Position numbers and translations under genes: made by a program. This document shows positions 12,983-26,300 of a stretch of DNA of 64,000 nucleotides, piece after piece. Position 1 is the first letter of the stretch; every line of letters begins with the position of its first letter. Origin of the DNA: Takakia lepidozioides (Eukaryota > Plantae > Bryophyta); the NCBI GenBank assembly GCA_030704615.1, contig CM060731.1, positions 27,652,001 through 27,716,000 on the forward strand, in the 5' to 3' direction. The notes beneath the pieces are model-generated. The model was given only the letters and a program-made list of their open reading frames with translations. It was not told the DNA's origin and searched no databases.

Positions 12983-13688
12983 CGCTTTATGGTCAACTAC
13001 AGAAACTGCCCGAAACATGGCGGACCTTAGCATTCTGCTAACTACTCATGCATTCTGCTACCTACTCAAATATTCTGCCATTTAACGGAGGGGCAAAAAT
13101 GGCAGAAAAACCACCTCCTGACCATAACGATAAATATAAACCTTTAACTTGGATAGGCTGTTTCACTTCGTAAAAACCTGCTCTAGATTTTTCAATCTAA
13201 TTTTTTGGGGAAATAGACCCCTACCCTGAGGATAAGTTTGACCCCCAAAATCATGTATACCCTTACCCTTAGGGAAGAAAAAATCAATATACCCTCCCAA
13301 CACTGGCTATCACCTCCCATTTACCGATCCCGTAGGTCCCTCAGGGCAGTGAGTAGGATTTTTTTTTAAGTACAAGGGCGTCGACTGGAAACCTCTCGTA
13401 CGGTGGCCTCCTGCAGGTCCTATTTACTTCACACGTTTGGTGTACCCCGTACTTTGACCAAGTGTCACAAGCACATTGCTTGGCCAAATGGCCTGCTTTT
13501 CATCTTGCTGGATGAAGGATCTGGAGGGGGACAACTGGGAGAAGATTTAGCTAAAACGGATGTCATCCCGTCAGGCAAATTCCCAATTTACTGACTCCAA
13601 CTTGTTTTTTTAATTGGGGGCCCAAAAAATGGGCCCCACATTCAACACGGTGGTAATTTTGCAGATCTGGGGCAAGGCTAGACAAGAA

Positions 13689-14084
13689 GTCAAGGTCGGC
13701 GTGGCCGAATGCATGATGAGTAAATATGAATCAAGACGATCTTTATAACAATGAACAAGAGTACAAGATATTGGAACACGACTTGAATACTGGAATGCTG
13801 GAAACTGGACTAGAGTACCAGATACTGGAAACTGGGCTAGAGTACTGGGAACTGGAAACAAGAGTAGCTTGAACTGGTGTTGGCGAGACTGAAGAGTGTT
13901 CAGTCTTGCCTCCTATATATACTGGATACTAAGAAGCTTCCCCAAGAAGCTTCCCCTATGGAGGTTTCTTACTGGAGAAGTTTCCAAGATTAAACAAAGG
14001 TTTCTTGATGGAGAAGCTTCCTTAAACAAATGAGGTATCTTGATTTATCTCTTGTTGTGTTCAGTCATGTTCTCGTCCTTGACA
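13689..14084 (-). repeat. LTR of a Ty3/gypsy element, oriented opposite to the adjacent internal domain
   Basis: Terminal inverted repeats GTCAAGG/CCTTGACA. On the - strand: GAAnnTTC motifs, TATATATA (13921-13914), Inr-like TCAGTC at 13890, tandem R-region repeats, then ATAAA. Confidence 0.75.
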
Positions 14085-14086
14085 GT

Positions 14087-15845
14087 TTGGCGAGACTAAA
14101 ATTTGTTCTTTAGTTAGTTAAGATGGAGGGCACATTTGCGGGAATGGTCACCACATTGCAGAGTCTTCAGCTCCAGATGCAAGAACTTCGTACATCTACC
14201 GCCCAATTGCAAGCTGATCAGTCTCAAGATCTTGGCAACGCTCTCCACAATTTGCAATAACAAATTTCAGAGTTAAAGGCGTCGAACAATGGATCTTCAA
14301 CCATACGAGTCCCTACTGCAACAGCTCATACTGCAACGGTTCATCTTCAACAGATTAAGAGAGAACCAAAGATCAGCAGGCCCGAGAAATTTGATGGGAC
14401 GAGATCAAGATTTCGCGGTTTTGTTCAACAAGTACGACTGTTCCTACGACTACATCCACAACGCTACCCCGATGAAGGTATTCAAGTGGGATTCGTGGGC
14501 ACCTTTCTATCAGGCACTGCCCTATCTTGGTTTGCACCGCTATTAGAAAAAAAATTCGCATTTACTATATAATTTTGAAGCATTCATGTCCGAGTTCACT
14601 ACAACGTTTGGAGAGAATGATAGAGAGAGAGTTGCAAAAACAAAGATGCGAAATCTTCGACAAGGAGCACGTCCTGTTTCCGTTTATGCTGCCGAATTTC
14701 GACAACTTGCGTGCGACCTCGACTGGAATGAGAAAAACCTCATTAGTCAGTTTCGATGTGGACTAAAAAATGATGTAAAAGATTTGTTGCTGACAATGCC
14801 AAACGTGAGCATACTGAGTGAATTCATCACCCAAGTCATTGCATGCGATAATCGTTTGTTCGAAAGACGTCAAGAGAAGCGATCTGGATGATCGACGACG
14901 CGTCATGTCACTGCTACTACGACACCAAATACAACGATCCATCAGACATCCAGTAGTGATCATATGCAGATTGATGCTGTCCGATTCAAGCCATTGACGC
15001 CACAAGAAAAACAAAGATGACGCTCGAATGGATTATGCCTCTATTGCGGAGAAGAAGATCACATATCATTAAACTGTCCCAACAAGAGAAGATTCAAAGC
15101 TCGGGGCACAACTCAAGTGTTCGATATAAGAAGGTCGGAAAACGAAGATGTCTAGTCACAGTAGGGACCATGCGGCTGGACACCACAAATTCCTTACCGA
15201 AAAAATGTCTCTTTCTACCTCCAGACCCTGCACTTTGCTTCACAGTTCCGGTAAAAATCAGAGTGCAAAATCAAGATATCGCTGTAGAAGCACTTTTGGA
15301 CTCAGGAGCTTCAGCTTGTTTTATGGACAAAAACTTTGCGAAGCACCATAATTTAACGCTCGTAAAGAAGAAACTCTCGGCCCCTTTGAAGTCATCGATG
15401 GATGACCGTTAGCATCAGGAAATGTGGACCATGAAACTCGACCACTTGAAGTGAAGCTTAAAGATCAAGCATCACATATTGTTTTCAATGTCATCTAGTC
15501 TCCAACGAATCCTGTGATCCTTGGACTTCCTAGTTCGTACTTCACAATCCCGACATCGACTGGCGATCGCGGAAAATTTCTGTAAGACAAAAATGTAGAA
15601 ATATTAAAGGTATTCAACCCCTATTCCTTGGAGCTAGAGCTTTCATAAGAGCTACCAAAAAGGAGGCGGCATTTGCACTTTATGTTACTCCGATCAAGAC
15701 CACAACAGACAAAGGTACTTCAACATTACCCGCTCAATATCAAGATTTCAAAGATGTCTTCGAGAAAAAAAATGCAGACATGTTACCAGAACATCGACCT
15801 TATGACTGTGGAATTGAGTTACAAGAAGGAGCCCAACCACCACAT
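14087..15845 (+). mobile_element. Degenerate Ty3/gypsy (Tf1/Tcn1-like chromovirus) internal region: PBS, gag, protease, start of RT; 3'-truncated
   Basis: PBS TTGGCGAGACT. Gag from ATG 14123 with PEKFDGTRS, LRQGARPVSVYAAEF and zinc knuckle CLYCGEEDHISLNC. Protease ALLDSGAS; pre-RT LPEHRPYDCGIEL. Several stops and frameshifts. Confidence 0.9.
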
Positions 15846-18800
15846 GTCTTGATGTGGTAGGTGAACACAAAATGTGCGGTCAAAACTTTAAATTTCTCAT
15901 TTTCCAGCGAGTTCTTGCGATTTTTCACTGCCGGGGTGGATTGTTTTGGAAAAGTTAACGACCCCTGGACGTTTAGGGGTTAAGTATGCATTGCGTTGGG
16001 CGGCACACTGAAGGAAGACTTGGGAGCAGGTAAAAAGGCGGGCCATCACAACATTATTCCCACGCAGGGCCCTTCCCAACGCAGGATCCAATGTGTGTTA
16101 CGCTACCTTCGATCCGGCATCCGCATCAGCCCTCAGTGGGAATAATGTCCACGCTGCTTTTGACACCAACTTCTGTGTCGGCTCTGGAGTACGAGGCGGC
16201 TGATACCCTTGAAGACCAGTAACTGACTGCACTTGTAGACCGTTGGCAAGAAAATGAGGTACATGTGTTGTCCTCGAACCACTTGCTATCTTCCTTTTGA
16301 CACAAATATTTGTTCTGCCAAGGCTTCTTTGATGGCAGCCTCATGTGGCAATGATCAATTTAACATATCATGGTAGACTTTGGAAGAGTTCCTAGCTCGA
16401 CAATCTACCACGTGTAGCTAAGAAAGATATGGAAGCATTGAATTCTGTGGTGTTTATGGTGAGGGAGGGGTTTTGTGCCCTTTATGTACAACATGGTGCT
16501 TGCATCAGACCCGGTGCATTATTTTTTGCACATGTGGCCAATTCCGACTCGATACTCAAGATGACCAGGTATTGGATATCCATATCATAACGTCTGCACC
16601 TGCAAATCCTACGTTTATTTATGCAATCCGATTGTTTGGATATACTATAATTTATGACTAGCCTGCTGACCTAGTAGTTTGACATGGGGTGTCATGCCGT
16701 GGATTTGGCAGTCAGAATGTCAGGCCTCGCTATCGTGTCCATCACGGTGGATGAAACTTTTTTGGGGATGTGATCAGGGTTTTACTTGATAGTCTTTTTG
16801 TGCTGGTGTGCTGCTCGCAGGTGGGGCTGGATTATCTACAGCGGCGCTTGGGTGATGTAGTCCAAGAGCACATGGAGTCAGATTGCTATGGACAGCCGTC
16901 ATTCTCTCTTGAGAGCCGGTTTGATATCACTGCCTCAGTATTTCAGTGGGTGTTGTGATTGTAGAGAAACATTAGCAAATGTTGCTCCATTTTCTCGTTA
17001 CACAACTATAGATGATTTTCTCCCTCTGCTTTTCCTCTTTCTGTCTGTGGTGGAAGTGAGGAAGAAAATAGTTGCTTACAAACAGAGATGTACAGAGGAT
17101 ATATAGAGCGAGGTGGAAATCACCCGGAAATTGCTCCTAGGGAATTAGACAGAAGTGGTGCTTATGGCCATACTCGTGAGATTATCTGTGCATTGTCTGG
17201 AGCCTTCATTTGTAAAGAAGGCTATCAAAGGTTCAAGTTCATTTAAGTCTGTTCATGTATTCTTCGATTCCTAGGCTGTATTGGAAGGCATTAGATAAAC
17301 TCTCATAGTTGCCAACCAACAGAAGGTTAGACTCATGCTACCACATAAAGACTGGAGGGGGAGGGAGAAGACACTGAAGAGGTGATCTGTTCACAGTCCA
17401 TGAGTTTCCAGTTTTGTAGCAATGCCATGAATTTTTAGGGCTCTGAAACATCTCTTAGAATCTCTTAAGTTGCTGGATGGCAACAACAGATTGATGACAG
17501 ATCAATGAGTCTTACTCATGAGAAGGCCATACACCCTAAAAGTGCTTGCCAAGAAAGTCAAATAAAAAACTTTATTGGCTGTACCTGTAAGGGAGAGACT
17601 ATGGATCGATGCAGGTTTTGAAATGCCACAAACCGTACACTCGGGTATCGAGTTGCATTCTTCATTGCTGCAGATATTTTTGGAGGATACTTTTTAATTC
17701 GGGAGCTGTGACATTAGTTCCTGAAAATCGTCTCTTTTCCAGATCCAGAGACACATTTTCGTTCAGAATTCGGGCTTAGGAGAGATTCATCCCAGACATT
17801 TGGTGGAGGCTCTGATCTAGAAGCTCGAGAGTCGAGAGGGGGAGTGGAAAGTATTGCATGAGGGGCTGTGACATGGCAAGGAGTGGCAGGTGGTGCCTGC
17901 TGTAGCTACTCTTCTCTTGGAAATTTGACTTCTGAAGAAGCCTCACCTTCTCTTGTCAGGTAACAATTTCCTACTTCGATGGCGTGAATGTGGCTAAAGG
18001 AAGATCTGGGTCAAGGAAAAGCGGGGTGGTAGAGATACCGTTGTGTTGGATTTCCCTTTTCTATGAGTGGTTTCTTAGTTTTTGTCTCAGTTTTCAAATA
18101 GGCTAGCAAGCAGCGCGGAAAGTGAATGTTACGACTGGATGAACCCAGAGTGTTCAAGCTTTGTGGAACCTGAGTTAGTAAATGTATGTCTCGCCGTCCC
18201 TGGTACCTTGATCTCAAAACGACAACCTACTTCTCTACCCGGATGTGACAAGTTTAGGAATCTGGATCTTGCTTGCTTGGAACCAAAGATGGTCCATCCT
18301 CCCTAGTTTAAGCCAGTATCAAGGATTTTTCCCTCCTTTGTTTTGGTTGGAGTGTGGTGGCCAGTGTTTGTAGTTGGTATCATAGCATTGAAGGCCTGCA
18401 ATGTCTACTTATTGTTCTTCAAGTGATGAATTATGAAAATTCAATGTGCTAGTTGGCCCACCAAAGAAATACCAGAGCACCTCCTCTTCAAATTAGATCG
18501 AGGCAGTATCATTTTGGTTGCATGGTTTGGAGAGATGTTCTACTTGGTGTTTCCAGGCTGTTCCTCACTCTTGCAATTGAGTTTGGAGGTTCAGGTCTGC
18601 TGGCTCATTTGCAGAGAGAAGTAGAGAGGGAAAGTCTAAAAAGCTTCTTTGGTTTCTGAACTTCTGGGCTTCCCCAACACTTCATGGTTACTGATTTTCA
18701 TCGGTTTGAATCTGTCCTTGTTACTTTTGCAGCATGGGAAGAAGGATTGGAGATGCAGTCTTGTGGCAACAAATTTGGACAGTCTTCTCTGAGTAGGAAA

Positions 18801-20832
18801 ACACTTCGAACAATAAAGGCAGTGAGTGCCGTCCCTGCAGAAGCACCGACAAGTGCACATCTGACCAGAATTAATGTTCCTTGCTTCAATCAGCCATGTG
18901 GGCCCTAACCAAGGAATATGGAGTTGCAAGCAGCTGGAACAATGTGTAGAGGGTTCTGTCTCGGCGATGACACGAGACTCTGCAGATCATGATATGGAAA
19001 ATGAGAAACCAGTTCTTGTCACGAACAACATGCGGAACAGCAAATATATAGTCCCAATGAGAGATCTTTGACTGGTCAGCCACTTCTATTTCTGTATTAC
19101 AAAGACTGGCGCGCAGCAATTGATGTGAACATCATCCATCCCTCTTGCCTCAAGCAGCTGATATATTGATCGCTATCGAGCTACTAGTTAAAGATGTAGA
19201 GATAATGCAGAGCTTAGAAGAAAATGCGTGTGACAGTGATGATATTCAGTATCAATGAAGCTGGCTTGCGGCACCAATCAGATCACCTATTAGGGAGTTC
19301 TACAACAACTCCTAGAGTGTGTTTAGAGTTCTCACCAAAGACTGTCAATCCTGCAGGACTGGGGATCATTCCAAAAGGCTGCACAACCAAAAGAAGCACA
19401 CGTCAGAGAAAAGCAAGGAAAGTGCAAATGTCTGAGACCTCAACTGCGATCCACCAGATCTAGAAGAAGAATGACAACGAATTTTCTCATTTACCAAGCC
19501 ATCCAGACAGAAGCGATCAAGAAACAGATGCTTCTAGACTTCTAGTCTTAGCTGAAGGAGCTGACAAAGTTCTGAACTACTAGAAGACTAGGGGCATACA
19601 CAAAAGAGGACAAAACACGATAGTCAACCACCAATGAATGCCCCCACTAACAGAATCCAAAGTGTCCACATCAGTGATCCGAGCTGACCAACACCTTCCT
19701 CACGCGAAAACAGGAAAGCATCGCATACCTACAACTTCAGGTACTCTGGGCTTTTTGTGAGCCGCCGCAGCTCACATCCACAGGCTCAAGCACAAAATCC
19801 TCCACATTGGGCAAAACACGTCTGAGCAAGCAGAATTGGCAAGCCCATAGATCTTCAACGCCATGGTTATCGTGCGGATCTCTCAATCGACACTCCAACT
19901 CAAACAGCTCGTCTCTAACAAATAAGAAACTGAACCAACAACACACAAAATACACTGACCTCTCCTTCCATACACAACTTTGCCACAAATTCACAGAAAA
20001 TCATCGAAAGAAAAAGCTGAGTCTCAGGGTTTGTGAGTGGAAGAAAGATCGGTATGCAACTTTTGCTGCTTAAGCCAGACAATCAGTTTTGGAAGAAGGT
20101 GAGTTGTGCAGTGCTTTTGTAAGGGCTCATGTCCGCCTTATAAGGCTGTACAGGGCTATAAGTCATTCTTCCATGGAACCTCAGGTAGGTTATGGTGACA
20201 GCCAATCCAAAGTAAGTCTCACAGGGCAGGTTACGCAGCGTCCAGTGAGCCAGTAGTTAGTGGACACATACTCGAGATGCTTCGAAAAACTGGTTATGGT
20301 GGCATCCAATGAGCGTTAAGCAGTGTGTCAGGCGCGCGACGTCTGGAGAGCGGGCTACCCTGCGTAACCCCACCTGTTCAGAACCACTAAAAAAACACCA
20401 CATCATCGAGACCTGCTGATCGGAATATTCCATCTACTTACAGCTGTGTTGAACTAAGTGTCGGTGCAATATGTGAGAGTAGGGTAGTTCGGCAGGGAAC
20501 TTAAATGTTTGAGTTCAACAGAAAAGAGTAGCAGGGTACTCACACGTGCGTCCTGCAGGCGTGGCCGCCACATTTTCGAAACCTAGCTTTGATTGCTGAT
20601 CTCCAGATATTGTTCAGTTGCGAGCTAAGTATCCCTGCGCAACGGTTGGAGGCAATCTGAAGGGAAGCAGTGCGTGCGAAGCCTTGCATCTTCTGTGCAG
20701 CCTGTAGATTTGTACTCAATTGGGAAGAGGAACAGACAAGAGTTGTGGGGATTGGTTGTGTAGAGAGCAGCGAAGGATAAAATTTGTGAGGCCGGTGGTT
20801 TTGATCTGCAGCGAGATTGGTGAAGGGGGCCC

Positions 20833-21540
20833 ATGACAACGCCTGATCATGCGAGGGAGCCGTGTCCAGACAGAATTCTGGATGACATAGGCGGTGCTTT
20901 CAGCATGGGGGCAGTGGGTGGGTCGGCATGGCATTTCATAAGGGGAATAAAGAACTCGCCGCGGGGGGAGCGCGTCATAGGCGGCACTCAGGCCGTGCGT
21001 ATCAATGCTCCGAGGATTGGGGGTAGCTTTGCTGTATGGGGTGGGCTCTTCAGCACTTTTGATTGCACATGTGTTTACTTGCGCCAGAAGGAGGATCCCT
21101 GGAACTCCATAGCCGCAGGGGCTGCCACGGGTGGGTTTCTTCAACTGAGGGCAGGATTGAAATCAGCAACCCGGTCGGCCATCTTCGGTGGCGTGTTACT
21201 TGCGTTGATAGAGGGGGCCGGTATCATGCTTAATAGGATTACCGCCAATCTGGCGCAGCCGCCCCCTTTGGAAGAGATGCCTCAAATGGCTGGTGCCGGA
21301 GGAGGTGGGTTTGGAGGAGCTTATTCGGTCTTCCCAGCTGCCCCCCCTGGACCTGCGCAATTTCCTCAACCCTACTCTGAGCAGAACACAGCAGCAGGCT
21401 CTGAAACATCTAGCGGAAGTTCATGGCTCGGAGGATGGTTTGGGGGAAAGAAAGAAGAGACTCCAAGTGTGAGAACTGAGAAGTTGGATAGTTTTGATGC
21501 CAATCCAGCACCGCCCACCCCAGGTTTTGACCTGAAGTAG
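20833..21540 (+). CDS. TIM17: Mitochondrial inner-membrane translocase subunit Tim17, intronless, with plant-type C-terminal extension
   Basis: DHAREPCPDRILDDIGGAFSMG, GGSFAVWGGLFSTFDC, RQKEDPWNSIAAGAATGG; 235 aa. Confidence 0.97.
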   Translation: MTTPDHAREPCPDRILDDIGGAFSMGAVGGSAWHFIRGIKNSPRGERVIGGTQAVRINAPRIGGSFAVWGGLFSTFDCTCVYLRQKEDPWNSIAAGAATGGFLQLRAGLKSATRSAIFGGVLLALIEGAGIMLNRITANLAQPPPLEEMPQMAGAGGGGFGGAYSVFPAAPPGPAQFPQPYSEQNTAAGSETSSGSSWLGGWFGGKKEETPSVRTEKLDSFDANPAPPTPGFDLK

Positions 21541-23324
21541 CTCTTGTTTTGATTTGTTTTGTTGGGAAAACATACCCTCTGATGGTCCCCCGTCGTCTTC
21601 TCAGCGCTATCATGATTTGCATTCCTTGAAGTTGAGGATGGACCATTGATTGCGGAGGGATTTCGTCTTGGACTCGGACCATATTTGTCAGACACAGCTT
21701 TAACCGGGTGAAACCCTATCACAGAGAAAAGTTATTTATGAAACGACATACAATATACTGCCATCTGCCCTTGGAAGAATAGGGTAGAGCATGATGAAGT
21801 GAGTTCTGCAGTGGGTGCACCTATCGAAGGTCTTTGAAACCTACGAAGATGACCTTCCAACTTGATGATACGAAGCAACATGTAGGCAAACTTAAGAATA
21901 TTTAGTTCGAAACTTGTTGACAGAAAAGAAGGTAGAGAGAGGATGCTCACTGGAATCGAGCTAGATGAAAATCTTTTGCTCAGCATACAGGCCAAGTCTG
22001 TGACTTCGGGAGCTGGAAGTAGTCTATGGAGAGGAACTTTATGAAAGTGATTGGAAGACAAACATGGGCCACATTCATTGAAAAGGCAGCGTGTTTGACG
22101 GCTACATAATTGCCTGCCTCATGAGATTTGAGAGAAATACCTACATTCACCATTTGTGTGGTATGATGTTCCTTAACCATATTGGTCATACTGTTTGGAT
22201 CTTGAGGATAAAACTTGTCTGTGCGGCATCCATAGGAGAATGCTGCCCTTGACCTTCCTAAACGTTCTACAAGCAAAAAGGGACAGACAAAAAAGTGAAC
22301 TCTAATTGCAACCTTGGTGAGTTCCATCTCTTTTCTGTACAACCAATTTGGCATGGGAAGTGCTACTGACACACAATACTCCGTGGATAGAACATAGAAC
22401 AATCCTTGATGGCTGAGAAACTCTAATGTACTTAGATGGCATAAAATTCTAAATCCGTTTTCAGTCACACAACCCTCTTCTGGTACTAAGATATATATCA
22501 GCAGATCTAATTTGAAAGTAAAGCAGACAGATCTGAGTGGTCGTTTGAGAGCCTCTTGCATTAAACCATCCAGTAGAGAGTCACTCAAATCTCGCCAAAT
22601 TCAGGCCCCATCTCTGCCGGAATTCTGAGTTACAGTTATACAGCCACAAGGCTAATCATAGAAGAGTCTGTCCATCGAGACATGACCGCTTCTTCCAATC
22701 TCATGGTGCACTGAATATTTCAGATCTTTATTGGCCCAGGGTGACTTGAGAACATGCATGTGAGTCTCCTTGTTGATATGCATGGATGCTGTATGAGAGG
22801 ATGGATATGGTCCCGAGTGAGTATGGAATCCAACAGATTTCCTGGAAATCTGCCATGGTCAAACCCATTTCTCACATAGGTTGTGGAGGAATCATCAGAT
22901 CTCCAGTCCTCCAATAATTTGCTACTCTTCTGTCTGCAAATGAAATCCTCCTGATGGACCGTGCTTATGGAAGTAGTGATGCGATACTGCTGTCCTCTGC
23001 TTCACTGATGTGTTCGTTAATTTGGCCGTTGCGGGTTAACGGCTTTCTTTTTCCCTCATACTACACAGGCAAATAAGCCACTTGCAATGACAACACATTC
23101 GTGACTTCGTCATAACAAGCCTAGTTCAGAATGTATGAATCTGAGCATTTGCACAGAAAAAGTCAGACAGCAGCACTAAGCTAAGAATGATCTCCTTACA
23201 AGTTACAGGAACCTAATGTGCAGCCACAGTCAGATATAAAGTTAAAAACTGTGAGATGGAATGTTTAGCAACTCAAGTGAAACTGAAAATCTGTTTCGAA
23301 GAAAGCTCAATATCGCCGCGGAGC

Positions 23325-26300
23325 TTACTGGGTTCTCTCCTTCAGAAGCTTGTCTATTTCACCTTTCTGATTGTACATAGCCACCAGCTTCTTTGCATAT
23401 GATGGTATGTGCTGCTCTGCTCTGAAATCACATATGTACATTTGTGACTACAGTCAGTTCCACCATTCAATAAACAAGGTGGAAAGTTCTGGAAATGACC
23501 TATACACAGAAACTAGGATGCGGTGATCCAAACCAAGAGCACAGCACAACGAACAAGCTCATGCAAGAGCTCCAAGCTAAGTAGCACATCATGAAATTAC
23601 CTTTTTTTGCCCCAAGTTCGGTGAACATGGAGATAATTCCGAATAGTGTGGTAGTCCAGGGAATACCGCCCAAACTCCAAGCCCTTTGGTCCTACCTGAA
23701 AGACCAGTTCACAGAAAGCTTTTAACTAAGTTAGCTACAGATTCAAAGCACAACCAAATCTAAACATGTTGAAGAAATAACTTCAGTCAGAAAACAATAT
23801 CCGATCTAACCATGATTCACAAGCCTGATTGCATTTAACGATAAAACCATTAGACAGAGAGAAACTGCCACTTCTGGAAGAGGATTAGCCCACGGATTAC
23901 AGAAACAAACCAGATTAAGCAGGAAGGCGATTGCATTGCCCACAAATCTTGGAGCTGGCTGTGTTTTCTCCCTGCCTGTAAGTAACACAAAGAGAAACAA
24001 AGGAGCTTCATAAATCTGCTTAAAACCCAAAGAGCTTATGGGAAACACAGAGAGATAGGCCTTCTTCCTGCTGGTGTTGAGCTCACCTAGGGTCCTACCT
24101 ATACTCTACCCTTTCCATAGGAACCAGGGAAGAAAAGTTATCTACAATCTTGGGGAAACGAATTAGGTAGTTGGATGAAGCAAACCTGTCAATCGAAATA
24201 AAAATCATCCCTAAAGTCTTTGATACAGGTGCCATTGTTTTATGTCTGGAGATTCTGAGATGAAAACAAGTAAATGGCCAAGCATACCCAGCTTCGCCTT
24301 ATCATCAGCTTTCACAGTCTCCATCACAAACGGCCCTCTGTTACCCTGTATTGCAAGCAATAATTTGGTGAGAACTATAAGCAATTAAAAGCATGATCCA
24401 TAATGGCCTGTGTCTATGTGAACAATGGTAAGACACATACGTTCTCTTGGATTGATACCTTGGTAAACTTTCACCAACAAATCTCGAAAAGGACAGGTGG
24501 ATTTACACAGAGTTTCAGACCAGGTCCTTACTGAAGGTAATTTGATACGGAGGCTTCGCAACTCGCTTAGGCTGCTGGTCATCACTTGTACACATCTGGC
24601 TTGGAGGCCATTATTCATTGCCAGGCTCAGCCATGTAAGAAGAGATGAAAATCAAAACTTCCAGAGGTGAGGGCTTACGGGCACAGTGCAACAATTAGAA
24701 TGTACTCTCGTGAGATGTTGTTTGCCGTAGCCTTGTGGCCATAGACCCCTCACCCAGTTTGGGCAGAACAGACAACAGACACCATTGTCAGGGACTCACT
24801 CCAGTAGTGGGACTTACCTTGGTATAAAGAAATTTTGGTTCGAGCTTTCCAGATTTCCTCTAGAAAGGCCTATAAATCTGCTGGCTGCCCAGCAATTAGA
24901 CCCCAACAGCGCCAGGGATTTAGGCTCAGCCTTGAGATTTTGAAAGTTGGTGAATAGGGGTGCGGGGGACTATGTTCTTGATGGTCCCAGAGAGGGTCAC
25001 TCTCTGATGAGAAAAGCCCCGACATTGTCTCAGAAAATGGATATTGCCTTCAGGCCGCCTGCACATTGGGCATTTACAATCTCCCTTCCTCTTTGCATCT
25101 GTTTTAAGTTCCAAGGTCGACTGCCTGCCCTGAGTTCAAGTTTCAGTCTAGTGCCGAGGGTAGGTAGGCCCTTCAGATCATTCTTAAGGTCCTCATGCAT
25201 GTCACAATCTGGAAACAAGTTCAGGGAAGCTTACACCTATGAGGGCCCATTGGACAAAGTAGAATAAAAACAACTTCAGTCTGCCCACCAGCCATTCCAT
25301 TGTCATAGTTAACATACCGTGCTGACAGTGGGAGTAATGTCCATAAGGGGCCGCACTAGATCCAACATCTCTTTACCTCGATCATTACTGCAAATTTGCA
25401 TTGCAAGAAATACTAACAGTTACTTTAGGTTTTGGACAAAAGGACTCAATGTACAGAGAAGACAATCAAGGGTTGGCCTCTTTATCATAGGGATTGTCAG
25501 GTCATTGACTCTATCTCTTTTCAAAGATTCCGGACAACAAAGCATGAGAAACCAGAAACTAGAATGCTTGAAAGCACTCACCGAACCGTGATATATTGAG
25601 GATGGCGTGTCATGGGCACCCCTGGAGACTTGGGGACTCCCATGTATCCCACCACCAAATCCTGTATCATAGACACCTTCCCATAAGACATTACCAATGG
25701 GAACTACCCTGACATGTAACCATTTTAAGAGTCGAACAAATTAACCACAATACATGTTGGTTCTGCTTTATATACCAGCCCACGCCCACCTGACTCAGGA
25801 AAATAAGGAGGCTTAAAATTGCTGTCTCTAACTTGAGAGCTGAATACCTGCTACAAACCTTCTGAGAATGCAGTGTCAAAGACTCATAAGAGGAACATGA
25901 CCTACCGCAAGCCCGTTGGTGTAGTCGAAACAGCTGCATCCCAGCCAACCATAAGCATAGGATCCAACTTTCCCATCAGTGTCAACTTACCTCAGGCCAT
26001 ATTCAGTTTCCAACTATGGGAATAAAAAAAATTAAGGGTAAATGCTGCTTAACATATCAATGTGTCACAACACCGAACCAAAATTGATGAGCTAAATTAA
26101 TAGAATTTTTAACTTAACAGGAAGATAAGGAGGAGAGAGAAAACCTGTAGCAAGAGGGAGCGATAACATCTGTCAACTGGTCAGCTGGCAGACAGAAGTA
26201 CGGGACCTAGAAATGTTGAAAAACATACTCAGCATAGACAGAAGAAGAGAATGGAACCAGCTACAACTGGCCCAACTCATACAGTGCCTCCTTTACCCAT

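Noticed and set aside
13689-15845. DIRS-like element (inverted terminal repeats)
   Set aside because: It has an aspartic protease and a Ty3-type PBS, and no tyrosine recombinase is visible.
21732-22588. ORFs of 109 and 202 aa on the - strand
   Set aside because: No recognisable motifs or exon structure. They lie between the converging 3' ends of TIM17 and HCAR and are probably spurious.
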